Below are positions 1 to 9,484 of a DNA stretch of 64,000 bases, piece by piece. Below the pieces are notes generated by a model that saw only the letters and a program-made list of their open reading frames with translations, was not told the DNA's origin and did no database searches. Positions within the stretch are counted from its first letter, which is position 1; every line of letters begins with the position of its first letter. The stretch is from Myxococcota bacterium (GTDB lineage Bacteria; Myxococcota_A; UBA796; CAJQPC01): NCBI GenBank assembly GCA_036012755.1, contig DASCPX010000189.1, positions 32,001 to 96,000 on the forward strand, written 5' to 3'. A program made the position numbers and the translations under genes.

Positions 1-168
1 CAGGTGCCGCACGTCGTCGCCGGGCTGGTAGTTCCGGTGGTCCTGGAACTCCGTCGAGGAGCCCGTGCCTCGGCCCTTGTGCATTCCCGCGGGGCCGTGG
101 GCCGGCGGCAGGCGCAGGCTCAGGACGTAGCGCTCCGCCAGCGCGGCGGCTTCAGCGCGTGGCCGCAC
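1..168 (-). CDS. DUF58-family protein (MoxR-associated), 5' part only, runs off the window start
   Basis: Not in the ORF track. Manual translation from GTG at 168 gives MRPRAEAAALAERYVLSLRLPPAHGPAGMHKGRGTGSSTEFQDHRNYQPGDDVRHL, which has the DUF58 G-x-S-x-EF-x-DHR-x-Y-x-PGDD-x-RH signature. It lies in the MoxR operon. Confidence 0.85.
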   Translation of the reverse strand, partial: MRPRAEAAALAERYVLSLRLPPAHGPAGMHKGRGTGSSTEFQDHRNYQPGDDVRHL

Positions 169-1627
169 GGTCTCGGGCCTCCTTGCTGGCCAGCCCCAGG
201 CGGCGCAGCCCGCGCACGACGCGCGGCAGGTTCACGAGCGCGGTGACCGCGACGCCGATGGCCAGGATCTCCGGGAGGGACTCGTGGCCATCGATGGCGC
301 GCTCCAGGGTGTGGAAGGGGTTCCCGACGTGCTCGAACTCCTGGAGGTCCCAGTCGCCGATGACCGCGCCGATGACGCTCGGGACGAAGAGGCAGGCCAG
401 ACAGAAGACGGGCACGCTGAACACCGCGGCGATGCGGCCCTTCGTCATGTGGGTCCAGCGGTTGAAGAAGGCGGTCGGGAAGCCGACCCCGATGAAGAGG
501 TACGAGGTCGAGATCAGCACCGCCGCCTGGACCTCGTAGTAGTCCCAGTCCAGGACCGCGACCGAGCTCAGCGGTGGCGCGGACAGCAGGAGCACCACGA
601 TGCCGGTGAGCAGCGCGCCCAGGAGCAGCACGGCGTGGGAGCCGCCGGGCTGGAACGGAGCCGACAGCAGCGCCCCGCGGCGGGGGACGTCGATCCAGGC
701 CCTCCGACCCATGCGCTCGGGCTCGGTCAGGAAGCCGGTGAAGGGGACGAGCAGGACCATGCAGAGGTAGGCCGTGACGATGGCGATTCCTTCCTCTTCG
801 CTGTGCCCGGCCTGGTCGATGGCGTAGAGCCCGGCGATGGCCGTGAGGCTGACCAGCACCGTCAGGATTCGCAGCGGCCGCGTGCGGTTCTCCTCCGGGT
901 GGGCGATGCGGGCGACAGCCGCGGCGAAGCCGAAGGCCCCCGCGGCGCCTCCGTGGAAGGTGAGGGCCCCCCAGACCCACCAGAACTCGTCGTGGGTGAT
1001 GGTGTCCGGGCTCGAGATCAGCTCGCTCGCCAGCGCCACTGCGATGCCCACGCACCACAGGAGTCCGCCGCCGAGCACGGTCATCAACAGCACGCGCAGC
1101 AGGCGGTTCGTGCCCAGCCACGAGGCCGCTATGGTCACGCAGGACAAGAAGCCGCCGAAGAGCACCACCGTCAGGACGCTCACGCCGAAGGCGGCGATGT
1201 CGACCCCCGGGAGCAGGAAGGCCAGCCCGAGGAAGGGCAACAGCGCCAGGAACATCAAGCCGATCTGGACGAGGGACGCCAGGAGCCGGCCGAGCACCAC
1301 CTGGCGTGGACTCAGCGCCGTGAGCAAGAGGACCTGCGTGCGTTCGGTGTCCCAGTTGCCGCCTGCCGCGAGGAAGGCCTGGAAGGGGACGAGCCCCATG
1401 ACGCAAGCGGCGAGGCAGAAGAAGACGACGCCGAAGAAGATCTTGCCGAGCTCGTCGGGGTCATCGACGACGCTCAGGAGGAAGCTCCCGGCGAGGCAGG
1501 CGATGACCAGCGCCAGGGCGTAGGTCCCCCAGAAGTACTTGCTCCGGACCGCTTGCCGAACCTCCTTGACGAGGATCGGGTTGATCCGGTCGTCGACCCA
1601 GGTCAGGACTCCCGAGACCAGGATCAC
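152..1627 (-). CDS. Multi-pass membrane protein, ABC-2-type permease-like
   Basis: 491 aa with many hydrophobic helices, N-terminal NPILVKEVRQAVR and LLLTALSPRQVVLGRL motifs typical of ABC-2-like permeases. Overlaps the ABC ATPase gene by 4 nt. Confidence 0.75.
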   Translation of the reverse strand: MILVSGVLTWVDDRINPILVKEVRQAVRSKYFWGTYALALVIACLAGSFLLSVVDDPDELGKIFFGVVFFCLAACVMGLVPFQAFLAAGGNWDTERTQVLLLTALSPRQVVLGRLLASLVQIGLMFLALLPFLGLAFLLPGVDIAAFGVSVLTVVLFGGFLSCVTIAASWLGTNRLLRVLLMTVLGGGLLWCVGIAVALASELISSPDTITHDEFWWVWGALTFHGGAAGAFGFAAAVARIAHPEENRTRPLRILTVLVSLTAIAGLYAIDQAGHSEEEGIAIVTAYLCMVLLVPFTGFLTEPERMGRRAWIDVPRRGALLSAPFQPGGSHAVLLLGALLTGIVVLLLSAPPLSSVAVLDWDYYEVQAAVLISTSYLFIGVGFPTAFFNRWTHMTKGRIAAVFSVPVFCLACLFVPSVIGAVIGDWDLQEFEHVGNPFHTLERAIDGHESLPEILAIGVAVTALVNLPRVVRGLRRLGLASKEARDRAATR

Positions 1628-2559
1628 TGGACGTTCCCCTCGGTCAGGGAGAGGAAGACCTCCTCGAGATCGGCCTGCAGAGACCGGAACTCGATGACCT
1701 CCAGGCCCCGGGTGATGGCAGCCGCCAGGACCCTCGCGGCTCCCCCCTCGTCCTTCACCGAGAAGACGACCGCGTCCCCGTCGCAGCGCACGTCGTGGAC
1801 CTCGGGCTGCTCGGCGAGGAAGCGCTCGAGCTCTACGGCATCACCGAGGTGGCGAATCGAGAAGACCGGGTCGGGCTGCAGGCGCTTCTGGATGTCGGTG
1901 ACCTTTCCGGAGGCCCTGACGCGCCCTTGCTCGATGACCGCGACGACGTCGCAGATCTCGGAGAGCTCCGTGAGGATGTGGGAGCTGATGAGCACTGCCT
2001 TTCCGAGCTCGTTGGCAAGCACGGCCAGCAGCTCGCGCAGCTCCACCCGGGCGCGGGGGTCGAGGCCCGCGGCCGGTTCGTCGAGGATGAGCAGGGCCGG
2101 ATCGTGGAGCAGGGTCACGGCCAGGCCGGCGCGCTGCCGCATGCCCTTCGACAGGGCCGTGCAGTCCTTGCCCACCAGCGGACCCAGGCCAGTGAACTCC
2201 ACCACGTCGGCGATGGCTTTTCGGCGACCCTTGCCGCGCAGGCCCTGCGCCCTGGCGTGGAAGTCGAGGTAGTCCCCCACCGGCATGTTCGGCTCGGAGG
2301 CGTAGGCATCAGGCATGAAACCCAGCTGACGCCTGGCCTCGCGGGGGTGTGTCAGGACGGAGAGACCACCGATGAGCACGTCGCCGGCGTCCGGGAGGTC
2401 CAAGGTCGCGGCGATGCGCATCGTCGTGGTCTTGCCTGCCCCGTTCGGCCCGATGAAACCGCAGATCTGCCCGGCTTCGACGTGGAAGGAGACATCATCG
2501 ACCGCCTTGACGTCACCGAAGGCGCGGTGCAGCTCGCGGATCGTCAGGGCGCGGCTCAC
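1624..2559 (-). CDS. ABC transporter ATP-binding protein
   Basis: Walker A GPNGAGKTT, signature LSKGMRQR, Walker B LILDEP, H-loop ISSH. Confidence 0.95.
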   Translation of the reverse strand: MSRALTIRELHRAFGDVKAVDDVSFHVEAGQICGFIGPNGAGKTTTMRIAATLDLPDAGDVLIGGLSVLTHPREARRQLGFMPDAYASEPNMPVGDYLDFHARAQGLRGKGRRKAIADVVEFTGLGPLVGKDCTALSKGMRQRAGLAVTLLHDPALLILDEPAAGLDPRARVELRELLAVLANELGKAVLISSHILTELSEICDVVAVIEQGRVRASGKVTDIQKRLQPDPVFSIRHLGDAVELERFLAEQPEVHDVRCDGDAVVFSVKDEGGAARVLAAAITRGLEVIEFRSLQADLEEVFLSLTEGNVQ

Positions 2560-4247
2560 GAGTCCTCCATCACGCCGACCACCCAGTGCTCGCCGGCCTC
2601 TTCCTTCACCTCGACGCCTTCCGTGTCGAGGAAGGGAGAGGTCTCGATGCGGGCGACGTAGGTCCCCACCGGCCAGTCCATCGCGCGGTCGGGCCAGGGC
2701 GAAGGGGTCTTCGTGGCCATCTCGCTTTCCCAGAGCATGGCCAGCTCTGGCTCGAGATCCTCGATTGGTTCGAGGACGGCGCTGTCCCCCTCCTCGAGGT
2801 CCTCGATGAGGAACCAGCCCTCGTCCGTCCTCACGATGGCGGTGAGGATGTCGGCTCCGAGCGCGTTGGCGGCCTCGTCACCGACCAGGTCGAGGCGCTG
2901 GCGTGCGCTGCCCTCGGACAGCACCACCTGTCGCGTCCCGGTCCTGACGGGGGCGAGATCTCCGCCGAGGACACGTCCCTGCTCCCAGGTGATCTGGGGG
3001 TTGAAGTCCCAGTCCGGGGAGACCGGGAAGTGGAGGGTCTCGGCGGCTGGTCGCAGGCCTCCTCGCGGGGAGAAGCCGATGTAGAGCTGGCGCACGTTGT
3101 GGGTGGCCGCCGTGTGTGTGCGCTGGTCGAGCATCGTCATGCTGTGGCTCGCGGTGCGCACGCCGAGGCCGTTGTGTGCGATCCCGTAGCCGACCATCAC
3201 GGCGGTGGAGCTCAGGGCGATGATCGGGGTCGTCGCGAGCAGGCTCGCGGGACGCTTCAGCAGGCGCACGACGAAGGCGTTGACGGGGCCGAGCAGGATC
3301 GCGATGCCGAAGATGAGGAGCGCGAAGGCGCCGCGCGGGAGGTGGCCGACCCCTGGGATCACGGGCAGGGCTCCGGGGTCGTTCCCGGTGGGCCCTCGCG
3401 GGAGGCGGCGGGACAGCGGGCTGCTCCAGGCGGGCTGGACGACAGAGCGGACGATCAGCGGCTGGTCGAGCTCCTCCTCGCTCAGGAATGCGAGCTGTCC
3501 GAGCCCCATCGACCGGCTGTTCAAGCCGGGCAGCAGTCCGGACTCCAGCCAGGGCGTCCAGGCGAAGCGCTCCTCCATCCAGGGCGAGAGCAGATCGTCC
3601 GCCGCGGCGAACCCGGGGCCTTCGTCACCCACGACCACGAGGCTGCCGCCGAGGCGGACCCAGCTCGTGATCGGCTCGAGCTCCTCGCGCGCTGGCGTGC
3701 CGTCGCGGACATCGAGGATGACGAGCCCGAGGCTGCTGTAGGCCCCCTGGTTCTTGGGGAGGTCCTCGAAGCCCACGGCGCCGATCGCGTTGATGTCCGA
3801 CAGCACCAGGCGGTCGACCCAGGCGTAGGTCGAGTCGTAGTCGGGCTCGCTCGCCGAGACGAGGAGCACGCTGCCACGCCCGTCCGTGGAGCGCTCGTAG
3901 GGTCCGATGGACGACAAGGAGGTGATCCAGTCGTTGCCTTCGAAGACGGTGAGCGAGTGCTGGGCGGAGTGGTCCAGGTAGCCGGGCAGCAGGAACTCGA
4001 GGGTGCGACGCTCCCCGGGCTCCAGCACGACGGTGCGGGAGGTGTTCGCCGAGTAGCCATAGGACTCGATCAGCTCGATGCGGATCTCGCGGGTCGCCTT
4101 GGAGCTGTTGTCGACGCGAATCTCGACGGGCACGTAGCCCCGCTCGACCTTCAGCGGCCAGGCGTAGCGACTCTCGATGGCGATGCCGTTGTCGCCGCCG
4201 GAGTAGACCTGCGCCGCCATGGCGCCCGCGAAAAAGGCGAAGAGCAC
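2556..4247 (-). CDS. Exported/membrane hypothetical protein of the MoxR operon
   Basis: 563 aa with an N-terminal signal, a class-I glutamine-amidotransferase-like segment (WVRLGGSLVVVG) and two TM helices (ILLGPVNAFVV). Coupled to its neighbours. Confidence 0.65.
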   Translation of the reverse strand: MLFAFFAGAMAAQVYSGGDNGIAIESRYAWPLKVERGYVPVEIRVDNSSKATREIRIELIESYGYSANTSRTVVLEPGERRTLEFLLPGYLDHSAQHSLTVFEGNDWITSLSSIGPYERSTDGRGSVLLVSASEPDYDSTYAWVDRLVLSDINAIGAVGFEDLPKNQGAYSSLGLVILDVRDGTPAREELEPITSWVRLGGSLVVVGDEGPGFAAADDLLSPWMEERFAWTPWLESGLLPGLNSRSMGLGQLAFLSEEELDQPLIVRSVVQPAWSSPLSRRLPRGPTGNDPGALPVIPGVGHLPRGAFALLIFGIAILLGPVNAFVVRLLKRPASLLATTPIIALSSTAVMVGYGIAHNGLGVRTASHSMTMLDQRTHTAATHNVRQLYIGFSPRGGLRPAAETLHFPVSPDWDFNPQITWEQGRVLGGDLAPVRTGTRQVVLSEGSARQRLDLVGDEAANALGADILTAIVRTDEGWFLIEDLEEGDSAVLEPIEDLEPELAMLWESEMATKTPSPWPDRAMDWPVGTYVARIETSPFLDTEGVEVKEEAGEHWVVGVMEDS

Positions 4248-4250
4248 TTC

Positions 4251-5267
4251 TCAGGCGACCTCGCCCGGGAGGGCCTCTGGGAGCTCGTCGACGTGGGCCA
4301 GCACCGCCTCGGAGAGGCTCCTGCCGTCGTGCCCGTCGAGCTTGCCGCGGTAGTCGACCACGACGCGGTGGCCCAGGGCGTGCGGGGCGACGGTGCGGAC
4401 ATCGTCGAAGCCGACGTTGGGTCTGCCAGCGAGCAGGGCGTGAGCGCGGGCGGCCTCTGCTATGCCGATGGCTGCGCGCGGGCTGGCGCCGTAGCGCACG
4501 TTTCGCTTCACCACGTCCGGGGCACCGGGAGAGCCCGGGTGCGTCGCGTCGACGAGGCGGGCCGCGTAGCGGGCGACGGCCTCTGGCAGGAAGATCGCGT
4601 CCACCAGGGCGAAGAGCTCGTCGAGGTGCTCGGAGTCCGTGACCGGTGTGGCCTCCGGGGGACGTCCGCCGCGGCGCTCGCGGATGATGGTGGTGAGCGT
4701 GTCGGGACCGACGCGGTCGACGGTGAGCTTGAACAGGAAGCGGTCGAGCTGGGCCTCTGGGAGGGGGAAGGTGCCCTCCAGCTCGATGGGGTTCTGGGTC
4801 GCGAGGACCCAGAAGGGAGCTGGCAGGACGTGGGTCTCTCCGAGCACCGTGACGCGGCGCTCCTGCATCGCCTCCAGGAGCGCGGACTGGGTGCGCGGCG
4901 AGGCCCGGTTGATCTCGTCGGCGAGCACGACGTTTCCGAAGATGGGGCCCTTGTGGAAGACGAAGCGTCGCTGCCCGTCCTTCTCCTCCAGCACCTGTCC
5001 GCCCGTGATGTCGCCGGGCAAGAGGTCCGGTGTGAACTGGATGCGGCGGAAGTCGAGGCCGAGCAGGCCGGCGAGGCCCTTGACGAGCTCTGTCTTTCCG
5101 AGGCCGGGCAGGCCCTCGAGCAGCACGTGACCACGGGCCAGCGCGGCGACGACCGTGAGGTGGACCAGCGCCCCCTGGCCGAGCAGGCGCGTGTTGAGAC
5201 CGTCGAGCAGGCCCTTGGCGAGGTGCTGGCCCCGCTGGACGTCTTCGGGGGAGAGCAGGTCGGACAT
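4251..5267 (-). CDS. moxR: MoxR-family AAA+ ATPase
   Basis: GHVLLEGLPGLGKT, RIQFTPDLLPGDITG, VLADEINRA, ATQNPIELEGTFPLPEAQLDRF, GASPR. Confidence 0.95.
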   Translation of the reverse strand: MSDLLSPEDVQRGQHLAKGLLDGLNTRLLGQGALVHLTVVAALARGHVLLEGLPGLGKTELVKGLAGLLGLDFRRIQFTPDLLPGDITGGQVLEEKDGQRRFVFHKGPIFGNVVLADEINRASPRTQSALLEAMQERRVTVLGETHVLPAPFWVLATQNPIELEGTFPLPEAQLDRFLFKLTVDRVGPDTLTTIIRERRGGRPPEATPVTDSEHLDELFALVDAIFLPEAVARYAARLVDATHPGSPGAPDVVKRNVRYGASPRAAIGIAEAARAHALLAGRPNVGFDDVRTVAPHALGHRVVVDYRGKLDGHDGRSLSEAVLAHVDELPEALPGEVA

Positions 5268-6536
5268 CTAGTCGTCTTCCGAGTCTGAGCTGAAGAAGGT
5301 GGCGACGGCGTCGCGGTGTTGAGGAGCCAGGTCCCGGCGCCAGGTGTTGGCGCCGTGGCTCTGGGCGGTGGCGCGGGCGGCGTCGCCCTCTGCGTGGACG
5401 TCGACCTCTGCGTCGGCGAAGGCCTCGCCGAGCAGCATCGTGTGCTCGAGGTCGATGTTGGTGCCAGGTGGCAGGACCGTCGGGGCGAACTGCTCGGAGT
5501 GATCCGCGCGCTCGTCCCCGAACTCCAGCGGAGCGGTGCCCGGGCCGCGGGTGATGCCGCCCTCGCCGGGCTCGCCGTTGGCCAGCGCGAGCGCCATCGC
5601 GTCACCCTCGCACTCCCCGCCGGGCTGATCGCACTGGCCCTCGCCCTCGATGAGCTGGGCGGACTCGAGGCGCACGCGGCCCTCGTCGATGGCTTTCTGG
5701 AGAGCATCGGCCATCGCCTGGGCCTGCTCGGGGCTCATCTGCGGCAGCCCGTCGAGGCCGTCGAGCTTCGAGGCCATCTCTGCGAGCTCCGGCGGCAGCT
5801 TGCGGGTCAGACCGGCCGCTGCGAGCTCCGAGAGGGCCTTCTCGATGGACTCCTGGAGCGGGTCGGTGCCGCTGCGTCCGTTGGCCAGGGCGTCCTCGGC
5901 GCGCTCGGCGGCCTGGTCCAGCTCCTGCGCCAGCTGCTCGAGGCGCTCTTCGGTCGCGTCGACCGCCTCGAGGTTGGCCTCGCTGGCCTCTGTGGCGTCC
6001 GCGAGGTCCTCGATCGTCTCCTCGATCGCCTCGACCTCGTCCTCCTCGATCTCTGCGACCTCTTCGATGGCGTCGAGCTGATCCTCCAGCTGCTCGATGG
6101 TCGCGTCGGGGAGTCCCGCTCCGGGACCCCTCGGCAGGTCGCTCACCGGGATGAGGAAGGCCAGGGCGGAAAAGGCGAGACCGGGGATGGGCCATCTCCA
6201 GGGGAGGCGCATCGTCGGAGTCCCGCTGGCGCTGGCGATCCAGCGCAGGTCGGGCTTCTCCAGCGCGGTGAGGACGCGCCCGTCACCGCCGTCGAGCCAG
6301 GCAGCTGCGGTGCCCTCTGAGACGAAGCGGGTGCGGGCGACGAGCCACGCAGAGGCCGGGACGATCGCCAGCGGCAGGAAGCCGGGCCACCAGGCCTCGC
6401 GCAGCCAGAGCCGGAACATCAGGACGACGGCGCCGACGATGAACAGCGCCACCCCCGTGTGGCGAAGGAGCTCGCCGGTGTAGGCCGCCACGGCGATGCG
6501 GCGCTGAACGAAGCGGACGTGGTCGCGGAGGCTCAC
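5268..6536 (-). CDS. Membrane-anchored acidic coiled-coil hypothetical protein
   Basis: 422 aa: N-terminal TM helices, Glu/Asp-rich coiled coil, GEGGITRGPG motif, C-terminal RDAVATFF. First gene of the MoxR operon. Confidence 0.7.
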   Translation of the reverse strand: MSLRDHVRFVQRRIAVAAYTGELLRHTGVALFIVGAVVLMFRLWLREAWWPGFLPLAIVPASAWLVARTRFVSEGTAAAWLDGGDGRVLTALEKPDLRWIASASGTPTMRLPWRWPIPGLAFSALAFLIPVSDLPRGPGAGLPDATIEQLEDQLDAIEEVAEIEEDEVEAIEETIEDLADATEASEANLEAVDATEERLEQLAQELDQAAERAEDALANGRSGTDPLQESIEKALSELAAAGLTRKLPPELAEMASKLDGLDGLPQMSPEQAQAMADALQKAIDEGRVRLESAQLIEGEGQCDQPGGECEGDAMALALANGEPGEGGITRGPGTAPLEFGDERADHSEQFAPTVLPPGTNIDLEHTMLLGEAFADAEVDVHAEGDAARATAQSHGANTWRRDLAPQHRDAVATFFSSDSEDD

Positions 6537-6757
6537 GGGCGAATCCTAATCGCGGGTCGCAGAGAAGACGTGCAAGCTCTGCGGACTCTTTCAGCGCGGG
6601 CTGGTTCCATGCCTGACCGACTGGGCTCTCCGGGCTCCTGAAACACCCCCGTCACCTGTGGCGTTTCGCACAGGCCGCTGGGCGTGTCGACTCGATCCCT
6701 GGATGCGTGCTCCCAGAGGACCCGCGTCATGGCGTCGTTTCCGCGAAACGGACGGGC

Positions 6758-6773
6758 TGGCACGCTCCGTGCG
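6758..6773 (+). promoter_or_regulatory. Putative sigma-54 (-24/-12) promoter
   Basis: TGGCACG-ctcc-GTGCG matches TGGCACG-N4-TTGCW spacing. It lies ~50 nt upstream of an AAGGAGG RBS and ATG 6826, with a palindrome CGTTTC-cgc-GAAACG at 6736-6750 just upstream. Confidence 0.55.
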
Positions 6774-6825
6774 GCCCCTGAGCGTGCAGGAGCCGGCTCC
6801 TCGGTCCCCGCGTCAAGGAGGCAAC

Positions 6826-7275
6826 ATGCCCGCTCTCGATCCCCGCATCCTCGCCGTGCTCGGTGTCACCGCACCGCTGGTGCTCCTCGGGTGCAACAAC
6901 GGCGACGACTCCGGCGACAGCAACGCCGCCTGCGCGGACGGAATCTCCGCCGACACCCTGAGCTCCAAGGCGGTGAGCGCCGGCCCCACCCTGGACGGGG
7001 TGGCCGACGAGGCAGCCTGGGACTGCCTGGACACCTTGGAGATCGACCTCGCCGCCAACATCGTCTACACCCCAGAGGGCGCCCCGGTCCAGGAGGACGG
7101 CGGGGTCTGGACGCTGGAGATGTCCCGCAGCCTGACCACCAGCGCCGGCGCGGAAGAGGACGTGCAGTTCGACGACCTTGGCGCCGAGTACCTCTTCGGC
7201 GTGGCGGTCTTCGACAACACGCAGATCAACCACGCGGTCCACGACGGCGTGTTGAAGCTGGTCTTCCTCGAGTAG
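6826..7275 (+). CDS. Lipoprotein with ethylbenzene-dehydrogenase-related (DOMON/cytochrome b558-like) domain termini, apparently internally deleted
   Basis: RBS-supported ATG, lipobox LLGC, N-terminal PTLDGVADEAAW and C-terminal WTLEMSRSLTT..DVQFDD..YLFGVAVFDNTQINH motifs. Only 149 aa. Confidence 0.55.
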   Translation: MPALDPRILAVLGVTAPLVLLGCNNGDDSGDSNAACADGISADTLSSKAVSAGPTLDGVADEAAWDCLDTLEIDLAANIVYTPEGAPVQEDGGVWTLEMSRSLTTSAGAEEDVQFDDLGAEYLFGVAVFDNTQINHAVHDGVLKLVFLE

Positions 7276-7290
7276 TCGGACGATTAGACC

Positions 7291-7318
7291 CGCTGGGAGC
7301 CGGGGGGGGCTCCCGGCG
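7291..7318. terminator. GC-rich hairpin between convergent genes
   Basis: CGCTGGGAGCC-gggggg-GGCTCCCGGCG forms an 11-bp stem with one G-U pair. No clear U-tract. Confidence 0.45.
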
Positions 7319-7332
7319 CCTGCTCTGGGCCC

Positions 7333-7836
7333 TCAGCCTTCCGGCGTCCACCCGTCGAGGCTGACCGTTGCCTCCAGTAGATCCATGTCTCCGGTGACCT
7401 GCTGCAGCTTCTGGTTGCCGAGCTCGAGCTGGCGGTTCATGCCGACGATGAGCAGGCGGCGGAAGACGTGGGCCTCTCCGGTCTGCTCGGCGAGCAGCGC
7501 GTAGAAGCGGGTCGCCGGCATGCGAAGGAGTTCGCATCTCCCCTTGGCCTGGCAGGAGGCGCTGCGCTGGGTCCCGTTGACCAGGCCCATGTGGCCGAGC
7601 AGCGCCGGGGCGCGGACGATCGCCAGGGGTCCGTCGCCGGGGATGCCGCGCTTGCGGACCTCGATGAGACCCTCCAGCAGGACCCACATCTCCTGGGCGA
7701 TGCCGCCCTCTGCGCAGAGGTGCTCGCCGTCCTCGAGCACGAAGGCCTCGCAGTCATCCAGGGCGAGCGTCAGCATGCGCGGGTTCATGCCGATCCCGTG
7801 GCGGTCCAGGAGGAGGCGCGCGGCGGTGTCGATCAT
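7333..7836 (-). CDS. Stand-alone cyclic-nucleotide-binding domain protein
   Basis: GEHLCAEG, MWVLLEGLIEV, LLGHMGLVNGTQRSASCQA (phosphate-binding cassette). No HTH. Confidence 0.85.
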   Translation of the reverse strand: MIDTAARLLLDRHGIGMNPRMLTLALDDCEAFVLEDGEHLCAEGGIAQEMWVLLEGLIEVRKRGIPGDGPLAIVRAPALLGHMGLVNGTQRSASCQAKGRCELLRMPATRFYALLAEQTGEAHVFRRLLIVGMNRQLELGNQKLQQVTGDMDLLEATVSLDGWTPEG

Positions 7837-8339
7837 CGGCCCACCTCTCGCAGGAACCTCTTGAGGCGCTGGGCCAGGGTCTCCTGGGGCGCGTCTTCCT
7901 CCGGAGGCTTCGCGGCGCGCTGGATGGCGTGGTTGCTGGCGTGGATGCGCCGGGAGAGCATGGCGACGAGGTGGACCTGCATCGAGACCACCGCAGGGTC
8001 GGTTCGCCAGTCGTCCAGGAGTGCCGGCGTTATGACCACCGCGGTGCTCTCCACCACCGACAGGACGAGCGCTTCACCGCGGTGACCGTCGCGCATGAGC
8101 GCGGTCTCTCCGACCAGCTCGCCGGGCCACACGTCGGCGACGATGCTCTCCACCCCTGGCAGCTTGATGGCCAGGCGGCCGCTGGTCAGCAACAGCGCGT
8201 GGTCAGCCTCGGCTCCCGGCTCGAAGAGCAGCTCACCGGGCGCGAAGCTCCTCTCTTCTCCCGAGAGACGACACAGCGCCTGCATGTCGCCCTCGGGGAG
8301 GCGTGACAGTCCGCGAATGGCGCCTCGACCCAAGCTCAT
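7833..8339 (-). CDS. Stand-alone cyclic-nucleotide-binding domain protein
   Basis: FAPGELLFEPG, LLLTSGRLAI, PGELVGETALM. The cassette Arg region is divergent (HRGEA). Confidence 0.8.
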   Translation of the reverse strand: MSLGRGAIRGLSRLPEGDMQALCRLSGEERSFAPGELLFEPGAEADHALLLTSGRLAIKLPGVESIVADVWPGELVGETALMRDGHRGEALVLSVVESTAVVITPALLDDWRTDPAVVSMQVHLVAMLSRRIHASNHAIQRAAKPPEEDAPQETLAQRLKRFLREVGR

Positions 8340-9484
8340 GGTGCGGGTGTACCACGAGCGAAGACCTCGTCGGCGAGCTCGACCATCGCGCCTCGGAACG
8401 CGGGCGCGTGTTTCGGATCGACGAGGCGGGCCCTCACGATCCAGACGTCGCGCTCGCCCGCATCGCGGTGGACCTCTGGGGCGCGATCGGGGGCGAGGTA
8501 GGGGGAGAGCAGGGCGAGCTCCTCCAGGGCGTGCCGGACCCGACTCGCGTCATGACAGAGGGGGACGTGGATGCGTACGCGCACGGGGACGAAGCGATCC
8601 GGGTCCGTGTGGAGGGTGGCCTCGAGGAAGACCCGGTTCGGGACCGTGAGGAGCTGCCCGCCGTCCTCCAGCAGATCGACGTGGCGCAGCCCGATGGCTC
8701 GGATGACGCCCTTGTGCTCGGCCAGCTCCACGCGCTGGTCCACCACGAGGCGGTGCTCGACGACCAGGACCACGCCGGCGACGAAGTCGCGGAGGACATC
8801 GCGCGAGGTCCATCCGACAGCAAGGGCCACTCCGATGAAGACATACGCGGGGGCGGGGTTCAGGCCCTGGGGCAGGAGCATCAGGGCGGTGATCAAGACG
8901 GCGGACAGCGTGCCGATCCGGAGGCACACGACGGTGCCGCGAAGCAGCAGTGGAAGCAGGCCGCGACTGGGAAGTCGGACCAGGAGCCCTCGCTCGATGC
9001 CGCGGGTGGCCAGCAGCATCAGGACTGCGAGCAGGGCGGCGACCAGGGCCTTCCTCAGGCTCGGCTCGGGGGTCACCGGGAGCTGGCGGGCGACCTCCCG
9101 CTCGGGCTCCGGAGCGTCCACGGTGGGGGCCGTGGGCGCGACCGCCTCCGGCGCCACCGGCTCCTCGGGTTCGACGGGCTCGGTGAGCTCGGGGAGGGGC
9201 TCCTCGGGGACCTCTGGCTGGCCGAAGTCCGGGGGGAGCTCCGGCCCGAAGACCTCGCCGGAGATGTAGGGATCGCCTGCCTCGACGACCCTGCCGGAGA
9301 GGGGGTCGATGACGTCGAGTCCGCGCTGGAAGCCCTCGCTTGGGGTGTAGCCGTCGGGCCAGGGGCCCAGGACCCCGCTGCGGCCCGCGTCGTCCTCTGG
9401 CGTCACCCACGGGCGCGGCTCGGCGACCTCGACGGGCTCGGTGAGACCGGTGTCCTGGGCAAGGGCCAGAGCGAGCAGGATCAT
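8336..9484 (-). CDS. mscS: MscS-family mechanosensitive channel with Pro/Glu-rich exported N-terminus
   Basis: True start is MILLALALAQD at 9484 (ATGA overlap with the upstream gene). Three TM helices, RDVLRDFVAGVVL, GVIRAIGLRHVDL, LTVPNRVF. Confidence 0.85.
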   Translation of the reverse strand: MILLALALAQDTGLTEPVEVAEPRPWVTPEDDAGRSGVLGPWPDGYTPSEGFQRGLDVIDPLSGRVVEAGDPYISGEVFGPELPPDFGQPEVPEEPLPELTEPVEPEEPVAPEAVAPTAPTVDAPEPEREVARQLPVTPEPSLRKALVAALLAVLMLLATRGIERGLLVRLPSRGLLPLLLRGTVVCLRIGTLSAVLITALMLLPQGLNPAPAYVFIGVALAVGWTSRDVLRDFVAGVVLVVEHRLVVDQRVELAEHKGVIRAIGLRHVDLLEDGGQLLTVPNRVFLEATLHTDPDRFVPVRVRIHVPLCHDASRVRHALEELALLSPYLAPDRAPEVHRDAGERDVWIVRARLVDPKHAPAFRGAMVELADEVFARGTPAP

